Source of the DNA: an uncultured Actinomycetes bacterium
Lineage (GTDB): Bacteria; Actinomycetota; UBA4738; HRBIN12
DNA length: 64,000 bases
Assembly: GCA_963766935.1 (NCBI GenBank)
Contig: CAVYBY010000007.1
Span: 3,911 to 67,910, forward strand
Direction: 5' to 3'
The position numbers and the translations under genes are program-made. A model generated the notes under the pieces. It was not told the DNA's origin. It was given only the letters and a program-made list of their open reading frames with translations, and made no database searches. Below, piece by piece: positions 19,103 through 28,585 of the stretch. Position 1 is the stretch's first letter, and every line of letters begins with the position of its first letter.

Positions 19103-19855
19103 CTAGTGGCCGACCTCTTCGGGCAGCTCGTACCACTTCACGCGGTCGCCGACCTTGGCGCGCAGCTTCCACCTGACCGTCTTCGGCACGGCGTCGCAAT
19201 GCTCGCGGATCGTCTGGATCTGCGCGATCGGATCGTGGCGCCTCGCCTCCGGCACCAGGTCGCGATGCTCGCCGTCGGCGAGCGCCGCCAGCTTGTCCAG
19301 GTTGCCGGTGACGGTTCGCCACCATCCCCAGTCCTCGGCGACGATCCCACCGATACGACCGAGCCCGATCGTCCCGGGCTCGTCGCCGTGCTTCACCTCG
19401 TGCGCCGAGAGCAGGTGGAGCATGTCGTGCACGTCCTTGCGGTTGAGCTCGACGATCTGGAGCTTGGAGAGCAGCAGGTCGGCGACATCGAGGGTGTGGG
19501 GCAGCCGGTCGATCCGGTCCTTGAAGTCGAGGACGTGACACATGTTGAGGCGGTCCATGATGACGTCGACGCTCGTCGCGCCGTCGGCCGTCGTGAAGTA
19601 CATCTGCCGGTCGCCGTGGAGCAGGTTGAACCGCTGGTCGCCGAGGAATCCCTTCTCCCCCAGGAAGTCCATCACGGGCCTCTTCGCCGACGAGACCGAC
19701 GCGAAGTCCATGTCCTGATCGTCGCGGGCGCGGTGCGGGAACAGGGGGCACAGCAGCCGCACCGCCTGGCCGCCGACGAGCTTCAGCGGGATCCCGCGCT
19801 CGTTCGCCTCGCGGACGGTACCTACCGAGGCTTCGAACGCATCGTCGCCGTCCAT
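19103..19855 (-). CDS. Uncharacterised Pol-beta-superfamily nucleotidyltransferase-like protein
   Basis: LVGGQAV-x13-DMDF fits the hG[GS]...DhD pattern, with a likely third Asp in SVDV. Also LLLSKLQIVELNRKD and WYELPEEV. Strong GAGGAG RBS before ATG at 19855. Confidence 0.7.
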   Translation of the reverse strand: MDGDDAFEASVGTVREANERGIPLKLVGGQAVRLLCPLFPHRARDDQDMDFASVSSAKRPVMDFLGEKGFLGDQRFNLLHGDRQMYFTTADGATSVDVIMDRLNMCHVLDFKDRIDRLPHTLDVADLLLSKLQIVELNRKDVHDMLHLLSAHEVKHGDEPGTIGLGRIGGIVAEDWGWWRTVTGNLDKLAALADGEHRDLVPEARRHDPIAQIQTIREHCDAVPKTVRWKLRAKVGDRVKWYELPEEVGH

Positions 19856-19898
19856 CCCGCTCCTCTCCTGCGCCGCGCCGAGCAACCTTACCCCCACC

Positions 19899-21998
19899 TC
19901 AGACGAGCCGCGCCTCCGCCAGCGCGTCGACGGCGACGGCGCCGCGGGCCCCGACGAGCAGGGGGTTTGCCTCGAGCGAGGTCAGCCGGCCGCGAAGGTC
20001 GTGCGCTGCGCGCGAGATGGCGACCACGGCCGACGCGGCGGCCCTCAAGTCGTGACGTCCGGCATCGAGGCCCGCCGACCCGGCCTGCGACTCGACGAGC
20101 TCGAGACCCTGCCGCGGCGACATGGGGCAGGCGACGAACACGGCTTCCCCCTGCTCGGCGAGGGCTCCGCCCGCGCGGATCGTCACGCAGGCGCCGAACC
20201 GCTCGTCGACGACCGCGCCGACCAGCACCTCGTGTCCGCTCGCCATCCGCTGGACCAGAACGCGGGGGCGGGCCGCACCGGCCCGCCTTGCCGCCGCGAG
20301 CACCTCGGCCGCCGCAACCTCGACGTCGGTGGGGGTGCCCAGGTGCAAGCGAACGCCGCCCAGCTTGGCTTTGTGCGGCATCTCCGGCGCCAGCGCCTTG
20401 ACGGCCACCGGGAAGCCGAGCCGCCTGGATGCCTCGGCGGCGGCGGCCGGCGTCGAGGCGATCGCTTCCTTCGGCCGCCGGACTCCGTACAGCTCGAGGA
20501 GCTTCGCCGCGCGGATCTCGTCGACGGGTCCGGATTGCCCGGCGATCAGACGCAGCGCCGCCGGCCGGTTCGGATGCGGCCCGACCGCCGGAACGGCTCG
20601 CGCACGCACACCCTGATAGCGCACGAGCGCGGCGATCGCACCGGTGGCCGCGCGATGCCCCTGGAGAAACGGCAACCGCTCGGCTTTCGTGAACGCCTTG
20701 GCGGCGGGGATGTACGCGAGCGGGCTCATGGCCACACTGGCGAATTGCACGCCCGTTTCGCGGCGCAGCCGCCGGACCGCCTCCAACACCTTGCCGGCCC
20801 ACGGCTGCTCGCCGGCAAGACGCGGCGGGAAGGCGTCGAAGGCCACGAATCCGATCGCCGGGTCTCTCGCCAGGGCGTCGAGCGCCCCCACGAACATCTC
20901 CGTCTCGACCGCGGCCTGACCGGTGACATCGAGCGGGTTGTTCTGCGACGCGAAGTGCGGCAGCACGCGCCGGAGCTTTCGCTTGGTCGCGGCCGAGAAC
21001 TCGGGAAGCCGCAGCCCCTGAGCGCCTGCCGCCTCCGCGAACAGGGTGCAGGCGCCGCCGGATTGCAGCGCCGCGGCGACGCCGTCGGAGCGAACGCGCC
21101 GCGTGAACGAGAGCAGCAGCGCGGCCTCGAACATCGTGACCGGATCCTCGACGAGCACCACACCGCGGCCGCGGAGCCACGCGTCGCGCAGCGCGGTGTT
21201 CCCCGCCAGCGCGCCGGTGTGGGCGACGATCGAACGAAGGGCGGCCTCGCTCCGGCCCTCGGGCGCGCAGATGAGCACGGGCTTGCCCGCCGCCCGGAGC
21301 GCATCCAGTCCCTCACCGATCCGCCCGACATCGCGCATCGTCTCGACGTAGCTCGTGACGACCTTCGTATGGGGGTCGCTCGCCGCCCAGACGAACAGGT
21401 CGCCCAGCCCGAGCACGGCCTCGTTGCCGACGCCGAGGATGATCCGCAGACCGACGCCCCGGTCGGACGCCATCTGGTTCATCGTCCAGGCCACCGTTCC
21501 GCTCTGGGAGATCACGCTGATCGAGCCGGCGACCGGCTCGGGCGGCGGCGTCGTCCCGTACGGCGCGACGTGGTCCACGTAGTTGACGAAGCCCTCGACG
21601 TTCGGGCCGAGCACCGGGATGCGGTTGCGGAGCGCCGCCTGCCGCAGCTCCTCCTGGAGCGCGCGCCCCTCGTCGCCGGCCTCGGCGAACCCCGAGGACA
21701 CGACCATGATCCCCCGGACCTTCCGCGCGCCGCAGTCGTCGATCGACCCCGCGACGACGCGGGCCGGCACCACGAACACGACGAGGTCGACGCCCGGCGG
21801 CAGCTCGCGGATCGAGTGAAGGCACGGGCGGCCCCACACGGTCTCGTACTTCGGGTTGATCGGGTAGAGCTGTCCGGTGAACCCGACGTGGCGAAGCGAC
21901 CGCTCGATCTCCGGCGCCCACGAGTCGGGCGACTCCGACGCGCCGACGACCGCGATCGAGCGCGGCGCGAGGAGGGGTTCGAGGTTCCAGGCCTTCAT
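19899..21998 (-). CDS. NDP-forming acyl-CoA synthetase (acetate-CoA ligase family, fused alpha-beta)
   Basis: APRSIAVVGAS, YPINPK, GPNVEG, SQSG, GVGNEA, AHTGALAG (phospho-His), SQNNPLDVT, PHKAKLGGV. Starts at MKAWNLEP. Confidence 0.88.
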   Translation of the reverse strand: MKAWNLEPLLAPRSIAVVGASESPDSWAPEIERSLRHVGFTGQLYPINPKYETVWGRPCLHSIRELPPGVDLVVFVVPARVVAGSIDDCGARKVRGIMVVSSGFAEAGDEGRALQEELRQAALRNRIPVLGPNVEGFVNYVDHVAPYGTTPPPEPVAGSISVISQSGTVAWTMNQMASDRGVGLRIILGVGNEAVLGLGDLFVWAASDPHTKVVTSYVETMRDVGRIGEGLDALRAAGKPVLICAPEGRSEAALRSIVAHTGALAGNTALRDAWLRGRGVVLVEDPVTMFEAALLLSFTRRVRSDGVAAALQSGGACTLFAEAAGAQGLRLPEFSAATKRKLRRVLPHFASQNNPLDVTGQAAVETEMFVGALDALARDPAIGFVAFDAFPPRLAGEQPWAGKVLEAVRRLRRETGVQFASVAMSPLAYIPAAKAFTKAERLPFLQGHRAATGAIAALVRYQGVRARAVPAVGPHPNRPAALRLIAGQSGPVDEIRAAKLLELYGVRRPKEAIASTPAAAAEASRRLGFPVAVKALAPEMPHKAKLGGVRLHLGTPTDVEVAAAEVLAAARRAGAARPRVLVQRMASGHEVLVGAVVDERFGACVTIRAGGALAEQGEAVFVACPMSPRQGLELVESQAGSAGLDAGRHDLRAAASAVVAISRAAHDLRGRLTSLEANPLLVGARGAVAVDALAEARLV

Positions 21999-22828
21999 GC
22001 GCGGTCGCCGCGGAACTGCGCGTCCCGCCATGCGATCGCCTCTTTCAGCCCGCGCTCCAGCGTGATGCGGCGGAACTCGTCGCGCGCCGGGAGGTTCGCC
22101 GTCTCGATCATGACGTCGAGCTCGATGTTGGCCTCCATCGCCGCGCGGAAGCCGGCCACGTCCCAGGCCCGGTTGAGCGACCGCTTCATCGTCTGGATGA
22201 CGAACGGCTCGTTCTTGGCGATCTCCTCGGCGAGCGCCATGGTCGCCGCATCGAGGTCGTCCCGCGGGACCACCCGGTTGACGAGGCCGAGCCGCAGCGC
22301 CTCGTCGGCGGGAACCCGGTCCTCGCCGGTGAAGATGAGCTCCTTCGCCGAGCGGACCCCGACGACCCACGGTAGGAACATCGAGACCACGCCGGAGCCG
22401 AAGCGCACGTCCACGTAGCCGAACTTCGCGTCGTCGGCCGCGACCGCCAGGTCGCAGGCGAGCATCAGGTCCGTCCCGCCGGCCAGGCAGTAGGAATGGA
22501 CGCTGGCGATCACCGGCTTCGGGTGATCGAGGATCGAGAGCAGCTGCAGGGTGGACGCGCGGAGCCCGGCATGCCACGCGGCCGCATCCAGCACGCCCTC
22601 GCGGGCGTCCTCGTTCAAGTCGTATCCGGCGCAGAACGCCCGGCCCGCACCCCGGAGAATCAGCACGCGGACGCCGTCGTCTCTTGCCGCGTCGTCGAGC
22701 GCCGACCCGAGCTGCCGCATCAGCTCGCTCGAGAGAGCGTTGACCGCGTCGGGCCGGTTGAGCGTGAGCCTGCGGACATACCCGACGTCCTCGACGAGCA
22801 CGACCGGATCGCCGGCTGCCTCACTCAC
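21995..22828 (-). CDS. Enoyl-CoA hydratase/isomerase (crotonase) family protein
   Basis: LTLNRPDAVNALS, FCAGYDL, KPVIASVHSYCLAGG, EALRLGLVNRVVP. The stop overlaps the ligase start (ATGA). Confidence 0.9.
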   Translation of the reverse strand: MSEAAGDPVVLVEDVGYVRRLTLNRPDAVNALSSELMRQLGSALDDAARDDGVRVLILRGAGRAFCAGYDLNEDAREGVLDAAAWHAGLRASTLQLLSILDHPKPVIASVHSYCLAGGTDLMLACDLAVAADDAKFGYVDVRFGSGVVSMFLPWVVGVRSAKELIFTGEDRVPADEALRLGLVNRVVPRDDLDAATMALAEEIAKNEPFVIQTMKRSLNRAWDVAGFRAAMEANIELDVMIETANLPARDEFRRITLERGLKEAIAWRDAQFRGDRA

Positions 22829-22879
22829 GCGCGCTCCCTTCGTTCACGGTGCCCGGAGTGCGGATGCTAGCAACGACCG

Positions 22880-24127
22880 TCACGGCCCGGACTCGAGGAT
22901 CCCCAGCACCTGCCCCGCCGCACGCCGGCCGCTTCGAAGCGCTCCTTCCATCGTGCCGTGGAAGCCGTCGGGGGCCGTGTGCTCGCCGGCGAACGCGATC
23001 CGGCCGGCGGGCTCGCGAAGCCGCTCGGTCCGGCCGATCGAGGCCGCATCCCAGGCCGAGTAGGCACCCAGGGCATGGGGATCCTCGCCCCAGGACGCCA
23101 CGAGCGGCGCCCCCTCGAGGATCACCTCGGGAACCAGGCCGGCGAGCGCCCCCAGCCAGGCGGACCCGCCCTCGCCGCCGGGTCGCACCCGCGCGAGCGC
23201 CCGCGGCGAGCCGGCGAACGACGTCAGGCACGAGCGTGGGACGCCGCCTTCGCCCAGCGCCGTCCAGCACCAGAACGGCGCGTCCGAGGATTGGACGGCG
23301 AGCGGCTCAACCGGTCCGGCGGTCGCCACGACGAGCTTTGCCGCGACCCCCATCGGGAGCTCGCGCAGCGCCTCGTCCTGGGGAGGCGGAAGCGCCGGCA
23401 AGAAGGTGAGGCCGGCCGCGACCGGCGCCGGCACCGCCACCACGGCGGCGTGGGCCCGGGCACGCTCGGACCCTGCGAGGACCTCGACCCCGGCCGCGTC
23501 CCATTCGATCGAGTCCACCCGCACCCCGAGACGAACCACCGGCAGCGCCGCGGCCATCGCAAAGGCGAGTCGGTCGTTCCCGCCCTCGACGCGGACCGAC
23601 GGCCCCGCTCCGCCCTCGCGCAGCATTCCGTCCATGAGCGCCGTCCGAAGCGCGATCTCGTCGATGTCGAACGCGCACGTCCCCTGGAACCGTGCCCGGA
23701 CGGTCGCGCGCGCCGGCGACGGACCCGGTGTCTCGGCAAGGAGCCGGCCGAGGCTCCACCCGTCGACCTCGCCGGGCGGGAGGCGCTCGGCGAGAGCGCG
23801 CGCCGCCCGGATCAACTCGTCCTGCTCGGCGAGGCGGGATCCCGCCGAGCCACGCCCGTCTCGCCGCGCAAAGTCGACGCCCATCGGCAGGAGGCGGAGC
23901 CCAAAGCGCTCGCAGAGCCCCGTGAACAGCCGGGCGTCGTCGAAGATCCACTCGCCGCCCATCTCGGCCACGGCGCCGTTGGCCAGGTGCGCCGAGCGCA
24001 CGCGGCCGCCGACCCGATCCCGCGACTCGATCACCTCCACGGCGACCCCGGCGTCCCTCAGGACGAGCGCGGCCGAGAGGCCGGCAAGGCCGGCGCCAAT
24101 CACGGTCACGGTGGGAGACGTATTCAT
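22880..24127 (-). CDS. Flavin monoamine oxidase family protein
   Basis: VIGAGLAGLSAA, ESRDRVGGRV, EMGGEW, FAGEHT...GTMEGALRSGRRAA. Confidence 0.88.
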   Translation of the reverse strand: MNTSPTVTVIGAGLAGLSAALVLRDAGVAVEVIESRDRVGGRVRSAHLANGAVAEMGGEWIFDDARLFTGLCERFGLRLLPMGVDFARRDGRGSAGSRLAEQDELIRAARALAERLPPGEVDGWSLGRLLAETPGPSPARATVRARFQGTCAFDIDEIALRTALMDGMLREGGAGPSVRVEGGNDRLAFAMAAALPVVRLGVRVDSIEWDAAGVEVLAGSERARAHAAVVAVPAPVAAGLTFLPALPPPQDEALRELPMGVAAKLVVATAGPVEPLAVQSSDAPFWCWTALGEGGVPRSCLTSFAGSPRALARVRPGGEGGSAWLGALAGLVPEVILEGAPLVASWGEDPHALGAYSAWDAASIGRTERLREPAGRIAFAGEHTAPDGFHGTMEGALRSGRRAAGQVLGILESGP

Positions 24128-24196
24128 GGGCAGAGGACCCTCGCGCCGCCCGCCCTTGCACCGCGCGGGCGACCTATGGTACGCAGCGGTATCGGA

Positions 24197-24212
24197 TTGA
24201 ACGGCCGGTCAA
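24197..24212. promoter_or_regulatory. Near-perfect 16-bp palindrome between the divergent amine oxidase and potD genes (putative operator)
   Basis: TTGAACGGCCGGTCAA compared with its reverse complement TTGACCGGCCGTTCAA. Confidence 0.45.
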
Positions 24213-24251
24213 GCGTATGGTGCGTCGATCGGCAGTGAGGAGTTGGTGGAC

Positions 24252-25533
24252 ATGGCAATGGAACGTCAGCGTTCGGGGATGTCACGCCGAGCCTTCCTCC
24301 AGCGTGCGGGCGGTGTCGCCGTATCGCTTCCGAGCATGGCTGCGATCCTTGCCGCCTGCACCAAGCCGGGGACCACGACGGGCGGTCCGTCCGGAGGACC
24401 CAGCGCAAGCGGTCCGGCCGAGCGTCCACTCGCTCGCCCCGACGCCCCCGTGACGCTGCCGCTCACCCGCGAGCCGATCCCGACCGAGACGCCCATCGAG
24501 AGCGGCGCGACCCTGCAGGTCTACAACTGGGCCGACTACTTCTACAAGAAGGTCCTGCGCAACTTCGAGGCCGAGTTCAACTGCAAGATCGAGTACACGA
24601 CGTTCGACAACATGGAGGAGGGCATCCAGAAGATGCTCTCCGGCCAGGTGGAGGCCGACGTCTTCTTCCCGACGGTGGACTACATCAGCCGCCTCCAGGC
24701 CCGCGACCTGATCCAGCCGCTCAACCACGAGTTGATCCCGAACCTGGCCGCGCAACGTCTGGCCGGTCTTCTCGGATCCGGGGCCCTGGTACGACCTCGG
24801 CGCCCAGTACTCGGTCCCCTACACGATCTACACGACGGGCATCGCGTACCGGCGGGATCGCGTCGACGACGACGTCATCTCGAACGCCGGCTACGAGTCG
24901 TTCTTCGATTCCCAGTTCAAGGACTCGATCAGCTACTACAACTCCTATCGCGACGCGCTGGGCATGATGATGCTCCGCAACGGCGCCGACCCCAACTCCG
25001 GCGATCCCGCGGACATCGACGCGGCCAAGGAAGCGATCCTTCAGATGATCCACGACGAGGGCGCACGCCTCACGATCAACGGTGCGTACGACAAGCTGCC
25101 GGGAGGCGTCTTCACGCTGGCGCAGTCTTGGTCGGGCGACATCGTGGGTGGCTCGATCAGCTACCTCGAACCGGGCGTGCCGGCGTCGGTGCTCGGATAC
25201 TGGTATCCGCCGGACAAGAAGGGCCTCGTCGGCAACGACACGATCGCGATCCCGACGACCGCCAAGAGCCCGCGGCTGGCCCACGAGTTCCTGAACTGGC
25301 TGCTCGACGAGGAGCAGGGATATCTCAACTTCGTCGACTACAACGGCTACCAGCCGCCGTTCAACTCGATCGTTCCGAGCAAGCTCGTCTCCGACGGCAT
25401 CGTCCCGAAGTCGCTGTCAACCGCCGTCGTCGACGAGGAGAACTTCACCACCGGCCTGCAGCAGGGCGAGCTGGATCCCGCCGTGGACACGCTGTGGGGC
25501 AACGCGTGGAGCGAGATCAAGGCCGGTGGCTAG
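24252..25533 (+). CDS. potD: Spermidine/putrescine ABC transporter substrate-binding protein (Tat lipoprotein; apparent +1 frameshift near 24750)
   Basis: SRRAFL twin-arginine motif and LAAC lipobox, LQVYNWADY, then YSVPYTIYTTGIAY and AQSWSGD in the next frame. Confidence 0.85.
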
Positions 25534-26497
25534 CGAGGCCACCGGCATCGCGCCGGGCCAGGATCTTCCCGATCCCGGCTCCGGCTCCGGCTCCGGCTCG
25601 GACAAACGTGAGGGCGCCCAGCTTCCCCGCTGGTACTGGCCGTCGTTCACCGCACCGGGGCTCATCTGGCTGCTCGTCATGTTCGTGCTCCCCTTCTACG
25701 TCGTGGTCTCGGTCGCGTTCGGCACGGTCGATCCGCTGTTCCGGACGCCGCTCCCCGTCTATCAACCGTGGTGGTGGAGCTTCTCCACCTTCTCCACGAC
25801 GCTGCAGAAGTTCTATGTGGGCCACCACATCTATCTGGGTCCGTTCGTGCGCACGCTCGAGTACGTGGCGCTGTCCAGCCTGCTCTGCCTGGTGATCGGG
25901 TACTCCGTCGCCTACTACACGGCCAGGTACGCGGGAAAGCGCAAAGGGCTGATCCTGATCCTGCTGGTCTCGCCGTTTTGGATCAGCTACCTGATGCGCA
26001 TCTACGCGTGGCAGGGCCTCCTGCAGCCCGACGGCTACATCAACACCATCTTCCACTGGCTCCACATGTCCCCGGTGGACTGGCTGGCCGGCAAGCCGGT
26101 AACCATGGTCCTCGGCCTCGTGTACGGGTACATCCCGTTCATGATCCTGCCGCTGTTCGGGTCGCTCGACCGGATCAACCAGAGCCTGCTCGAGGCGGGA
26201 CGAGACCTGGGCGCGGGTCCGTTCGACACGTTCCGGCGCGTCACCCTCCCGTTGTCCAAGCCCGCGATCCTGTCCGGACTCGTCATCGTCTCGCTGCCGA
26301 TGTTCGGCGACTACTACACGAACGACCTGCTGGGCTCGCAGAGCACCTCCATGTTCGGCAACCTCGTCGACGGTGCCATCAACCAGCCGAACCAGGGGCC
26401 GGAAGCGGGTTCGCTCGTCCTCATCCTGATGGTGCTCGTCCTCCTCCCGATGATCTACTACCTGCGCGCCACCTCACGAGAGACGGCCAGAACATGA
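25526..26497 (+). CDS. potB: Polyamine ABC transporter permease (PotB-like)
   Basis: LIGYSVAY, PFWISYLMRIYAW, YIPFMILPL, EAGRDLGA (EAA motif). Confidence 0.88.
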   Translation: MASEATGIAPGQDLPDPGSGSGSGSDKREGAQLPRWYWPSFTAPGLIWLLVMFVLPFYVVVSVAFGTVDPLFRTPLPVYQPWWWSFSTFSTTLQKFYVGHHIYLGPFVRTLEYVALSSLLCLVIGYSVAYYTARYAGKRKGLILILLVSPFWISYLMRIYAWQGLLQPDGYINTIFHWLHMSPVDWLAGKPVTMVLGLVYGYIPFMILPLFGSLDRINQSLLEAGRDLGAGPFDTFRRVTLPLSKPAILSGLVIVSLPMFGDYYTNDLLGSQSTSMFGNLVDGAINQPNQGPEAGSLVLILMVLVLLPMIYYLRATSRETART

Positions 26498-27405
26498 GCG
26501 AGCTCGTCCTTCAGCCCGAGTCCCAGGCCGCGAGTGGATCCGGCATCACGCGGTGGTTGCGCAATCCGTGGCGCAAACCCCGGTTCCTCGAGGCGACGAC
26601 GTGGGCCTATCTCCTGTGGTCGACGCTCCCCGTCATCATCGCCATCGTCTTCTCGTTCAACGCCGGCCGGTCGCGCAGCACGTGGCAGGGCTTCTCGCTG
26701 CGCTGGTGGTACAAGGACCCCTTCGACTCGCTCTGGCACGAGCCGTCGCTTCACGCAGCGATGATCCAGACGTTCAAGCTCTCGATCATCACCGTGTTCC
26801 TGGCCGTCCCGATCGGAACCGCGTTCGCCATCGGGATCGACCGGTGGCGCGGCCGCCCCGCGGCGTCGGCGAACTTCGTCATGTTGCTGTCGTTCGTCGT
26901 GCCCGAGATCATCCTGGGCGTCTCGCTGTTCCTGCTCTTTACCAACCTGGTAAAGGGCATCCTGCCGCTCGGCACGTCGGCCCAGATCCTCGGGCTCGTG
27001 ACCTTCCAGCTGTCCTACCCGTTCATCGTGGTCCGGGCGCGATTACTGTCGATCGGGCCGGAGTTCGAAGAGGCCGCGATGGATCTGGGCGCCAAGCCGA
27101 ACCAGGCGCTTCGTCGCGTCCTGCTGCCGCTGCTGTGGCCGGCGATCCTCGCAAGCGTGGCGCTTGTGTTCGCCGACACGGTCGACGACTTCGTGACGGT
27201 TCGGTATCTGTCGAGCGTCGCGTCGACGGAGCCGCTGTCGGTGAAGATCTACTCCGCCTCGAAGGCGTCGCCGACGCCGGCCGTGAACGCCGCCGCGACC
27301 GTCATGCTCGTGGCCACGTTGATCGCCGTCGGTCTCGGACTGCTGCTGTTCCGGCGATTCAGCCGTGGACAGGGTGACGACGTGTCCACCTTCGCCCAGA
27401 TCTAG
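26494..27405 (+). CDS. potC: Polyamine ABC transporter permease (PotC-like)
   Basis: FSFNAGRS...GFSLRWW, VPEIILG, EEAAMDLGA. ATGA overlap with potB. Confidence 0.88.
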   Translation: MSELVLQPESQAASGSGITRWLRNPWRKPRFLEATTWAYLLWSTLPVIIAIVFSFNAGRSRSTWQGFSLRWWYKDPFDSLWHEPSLHAAMIQTFKLSIITVFLAVPIGTAFAIGIDRWRGRPAASANFVMLLSFVVPEIILGVSLFLLFTNLVKGILPLGTSAQILGLVTFQLSYPFIVVRARLLSIGPEFEEAAMDLGAKPNQALRRVLLPLLWPAILASVALVFADTVDDFVTVRYLSSVASTEPLSVKIYSASKASPTPAVNAAATVMLVATLIAVGLGLLLFRRFSRGQGDDVSTFAQI

Positions 27406-28523
27406 CCGGGCGCTTCCTCGATCTCCGACGCCAGGAGCACGGGCGTCCCCGCCTCGGGAAGGACCCGCAGCGCCTCGGGCGGGAAGTGGACGCTGATGGC
27501 TTCGCCGGAGTGGTAGGGAAGCGCGCCCCCTTCGTTCTGGACCCAGGCCTGGATCCGGCTGCCGGGCGCAAGATTGAGGAACACCTGGAGCACCGAGCCG
27601 ACGTAGACCACGCGCTCCACCATGCCGGGGATCCGGTTGTCGCCCGAGGACCCCTGCGGCTGGAGCCCGACCCGCTCGGGACGGATCGTGATCTTCGCCT
27701 CGCCCACCGTGTCCATGTCCCCGACCCCGGCAAGCAGCTCGAACTCGCCGAGCGTCACCCGGCAGCCACCGGTCGTGCGCCCGCCGGCGCGCGCTTCCAT
27801 CAGGTTCGACACCCCGAGGAAGTCGGCGACGTAGGCCGTGGCCGGCTCCTCGTAGATCTCCTTGGGCGGCCCCACCTGCTCGACGCGGCCCTGGGACATC
27901 ACCGCGATACGGTCGGACATCGTCAGGGCCTCTTCCTGGTCGTGCGTCACGTAGATGAACGTGATGCCGACCTCCTCCTGTAGGGCTTTCAGCTCGATCT
28001 GCAGCCGCTTGCGGAGCTTGGCGTCGAGCGCCCCCAGCGGCTCGTCCAGGAGCAGCACCGAGGGGTTCAGGATCAGAGCACGGGCGAGCGCCACGCGCTG
28101 CTGCTGCCCGCCCGAGAGCTGGTTCGGCCTGCGGTTCTCGAACCCGTTCAGCTGGACCAACTCGAGCGAGCGGCCGACCCGCTCGTTCGCGTCCTGCTTC
28201 GAGACGTCCTGATAGCGAAGCCCGAACCCCACGTTCTCGGCGACCGTCAGATGGGGGAAGAGGGCGTAGCTCTGGAACACCGTGTTGACGTTTCGCTTGT
28301 GGGGCGGCGTCTGGGCCACATCGACGCCGTCGAGCAGGATCTGCCCCTCGCTCGGGCGCTCGAAGCCGGCGATCATCCGCAGCGTCGTGGTCTTGCCGCA
28401 GCCCGAGGGCCCCAGCAGCGAGAAGAACTCGCCCGGGGGCATCTCGAGGTTGATGCCCGCCACCGCCGTGAACTCGCCGAACCGCTTTACGAGGTCGACG
28501 AGCCGAACCTGCCCTCCAGCCAT
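27402..28523 (-). CDS. potA: Polyamine ABC transporter ATP-binding protein (PotA-like)
   Basis: Walker [51 protein letters not shown] and a TOBE-like C-terminus. ATG at 28523. Confidence 0.92.
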   Translation of the reverse strand: MAGGQVRLVDLVKRFGEFTAVAGINLEMPPGEFFSLLGPSGCGKTTTLRMIAGFERPSEGQILLDGVDVAQTPPHKRNVNTVFQSYALFPHLTVAENVGFGLRYQDVSKQDANERVGRSLELVQLNGFENRRPNQLSGGQQQRVALARALILNPSVLLLDEPLGALDAKLRKRLQIELKALQEEVGITFIYVTHDQEEALTMSDRIAVMSQGRVEQVGPPKEIYEEPATAYVADFLGVSNLMEARAGGRTTGGCRVTLGEFELLAGVGDMDTVGEAKITIRPERVGLQPQGSSGDNRIPGMVERVVYVGSVLQVFLNLAPGSRIQAWVQNEGGALPYHSGEAISVHFPPEALRVLPEAGTPVLLASEIEEAPG

Positions 28524-28585
28524 GTTCGCGAAGTCTATCCGCACCCCGCCCGAGCCGGTCAAGGTGCGATCTCGCGGAACGCCCC

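Noticed and set aside
19103-19855. NTase + phosphoesterases read as a CBASS/cGAS-like or toxin-antitoxin defence system
   Set aside because: No effector, Cap, HEPN or AbiEi partner is present. The context is metabolic and shares an operator with catabolic genes.
22858-22874. GTGCG-N7-GCAAC as a fourth operator copy upstream of the crotonase
   Set aside because: The left arm matches only 2 of 5 positions, which is too weak to call.
25575-25598. (CCGGCT)4 tandem repeat in potB
   Set aside because: It encodes a GSGSGS low-complexity linker, is in frame, and is not a CRISPR or contingency repeat.
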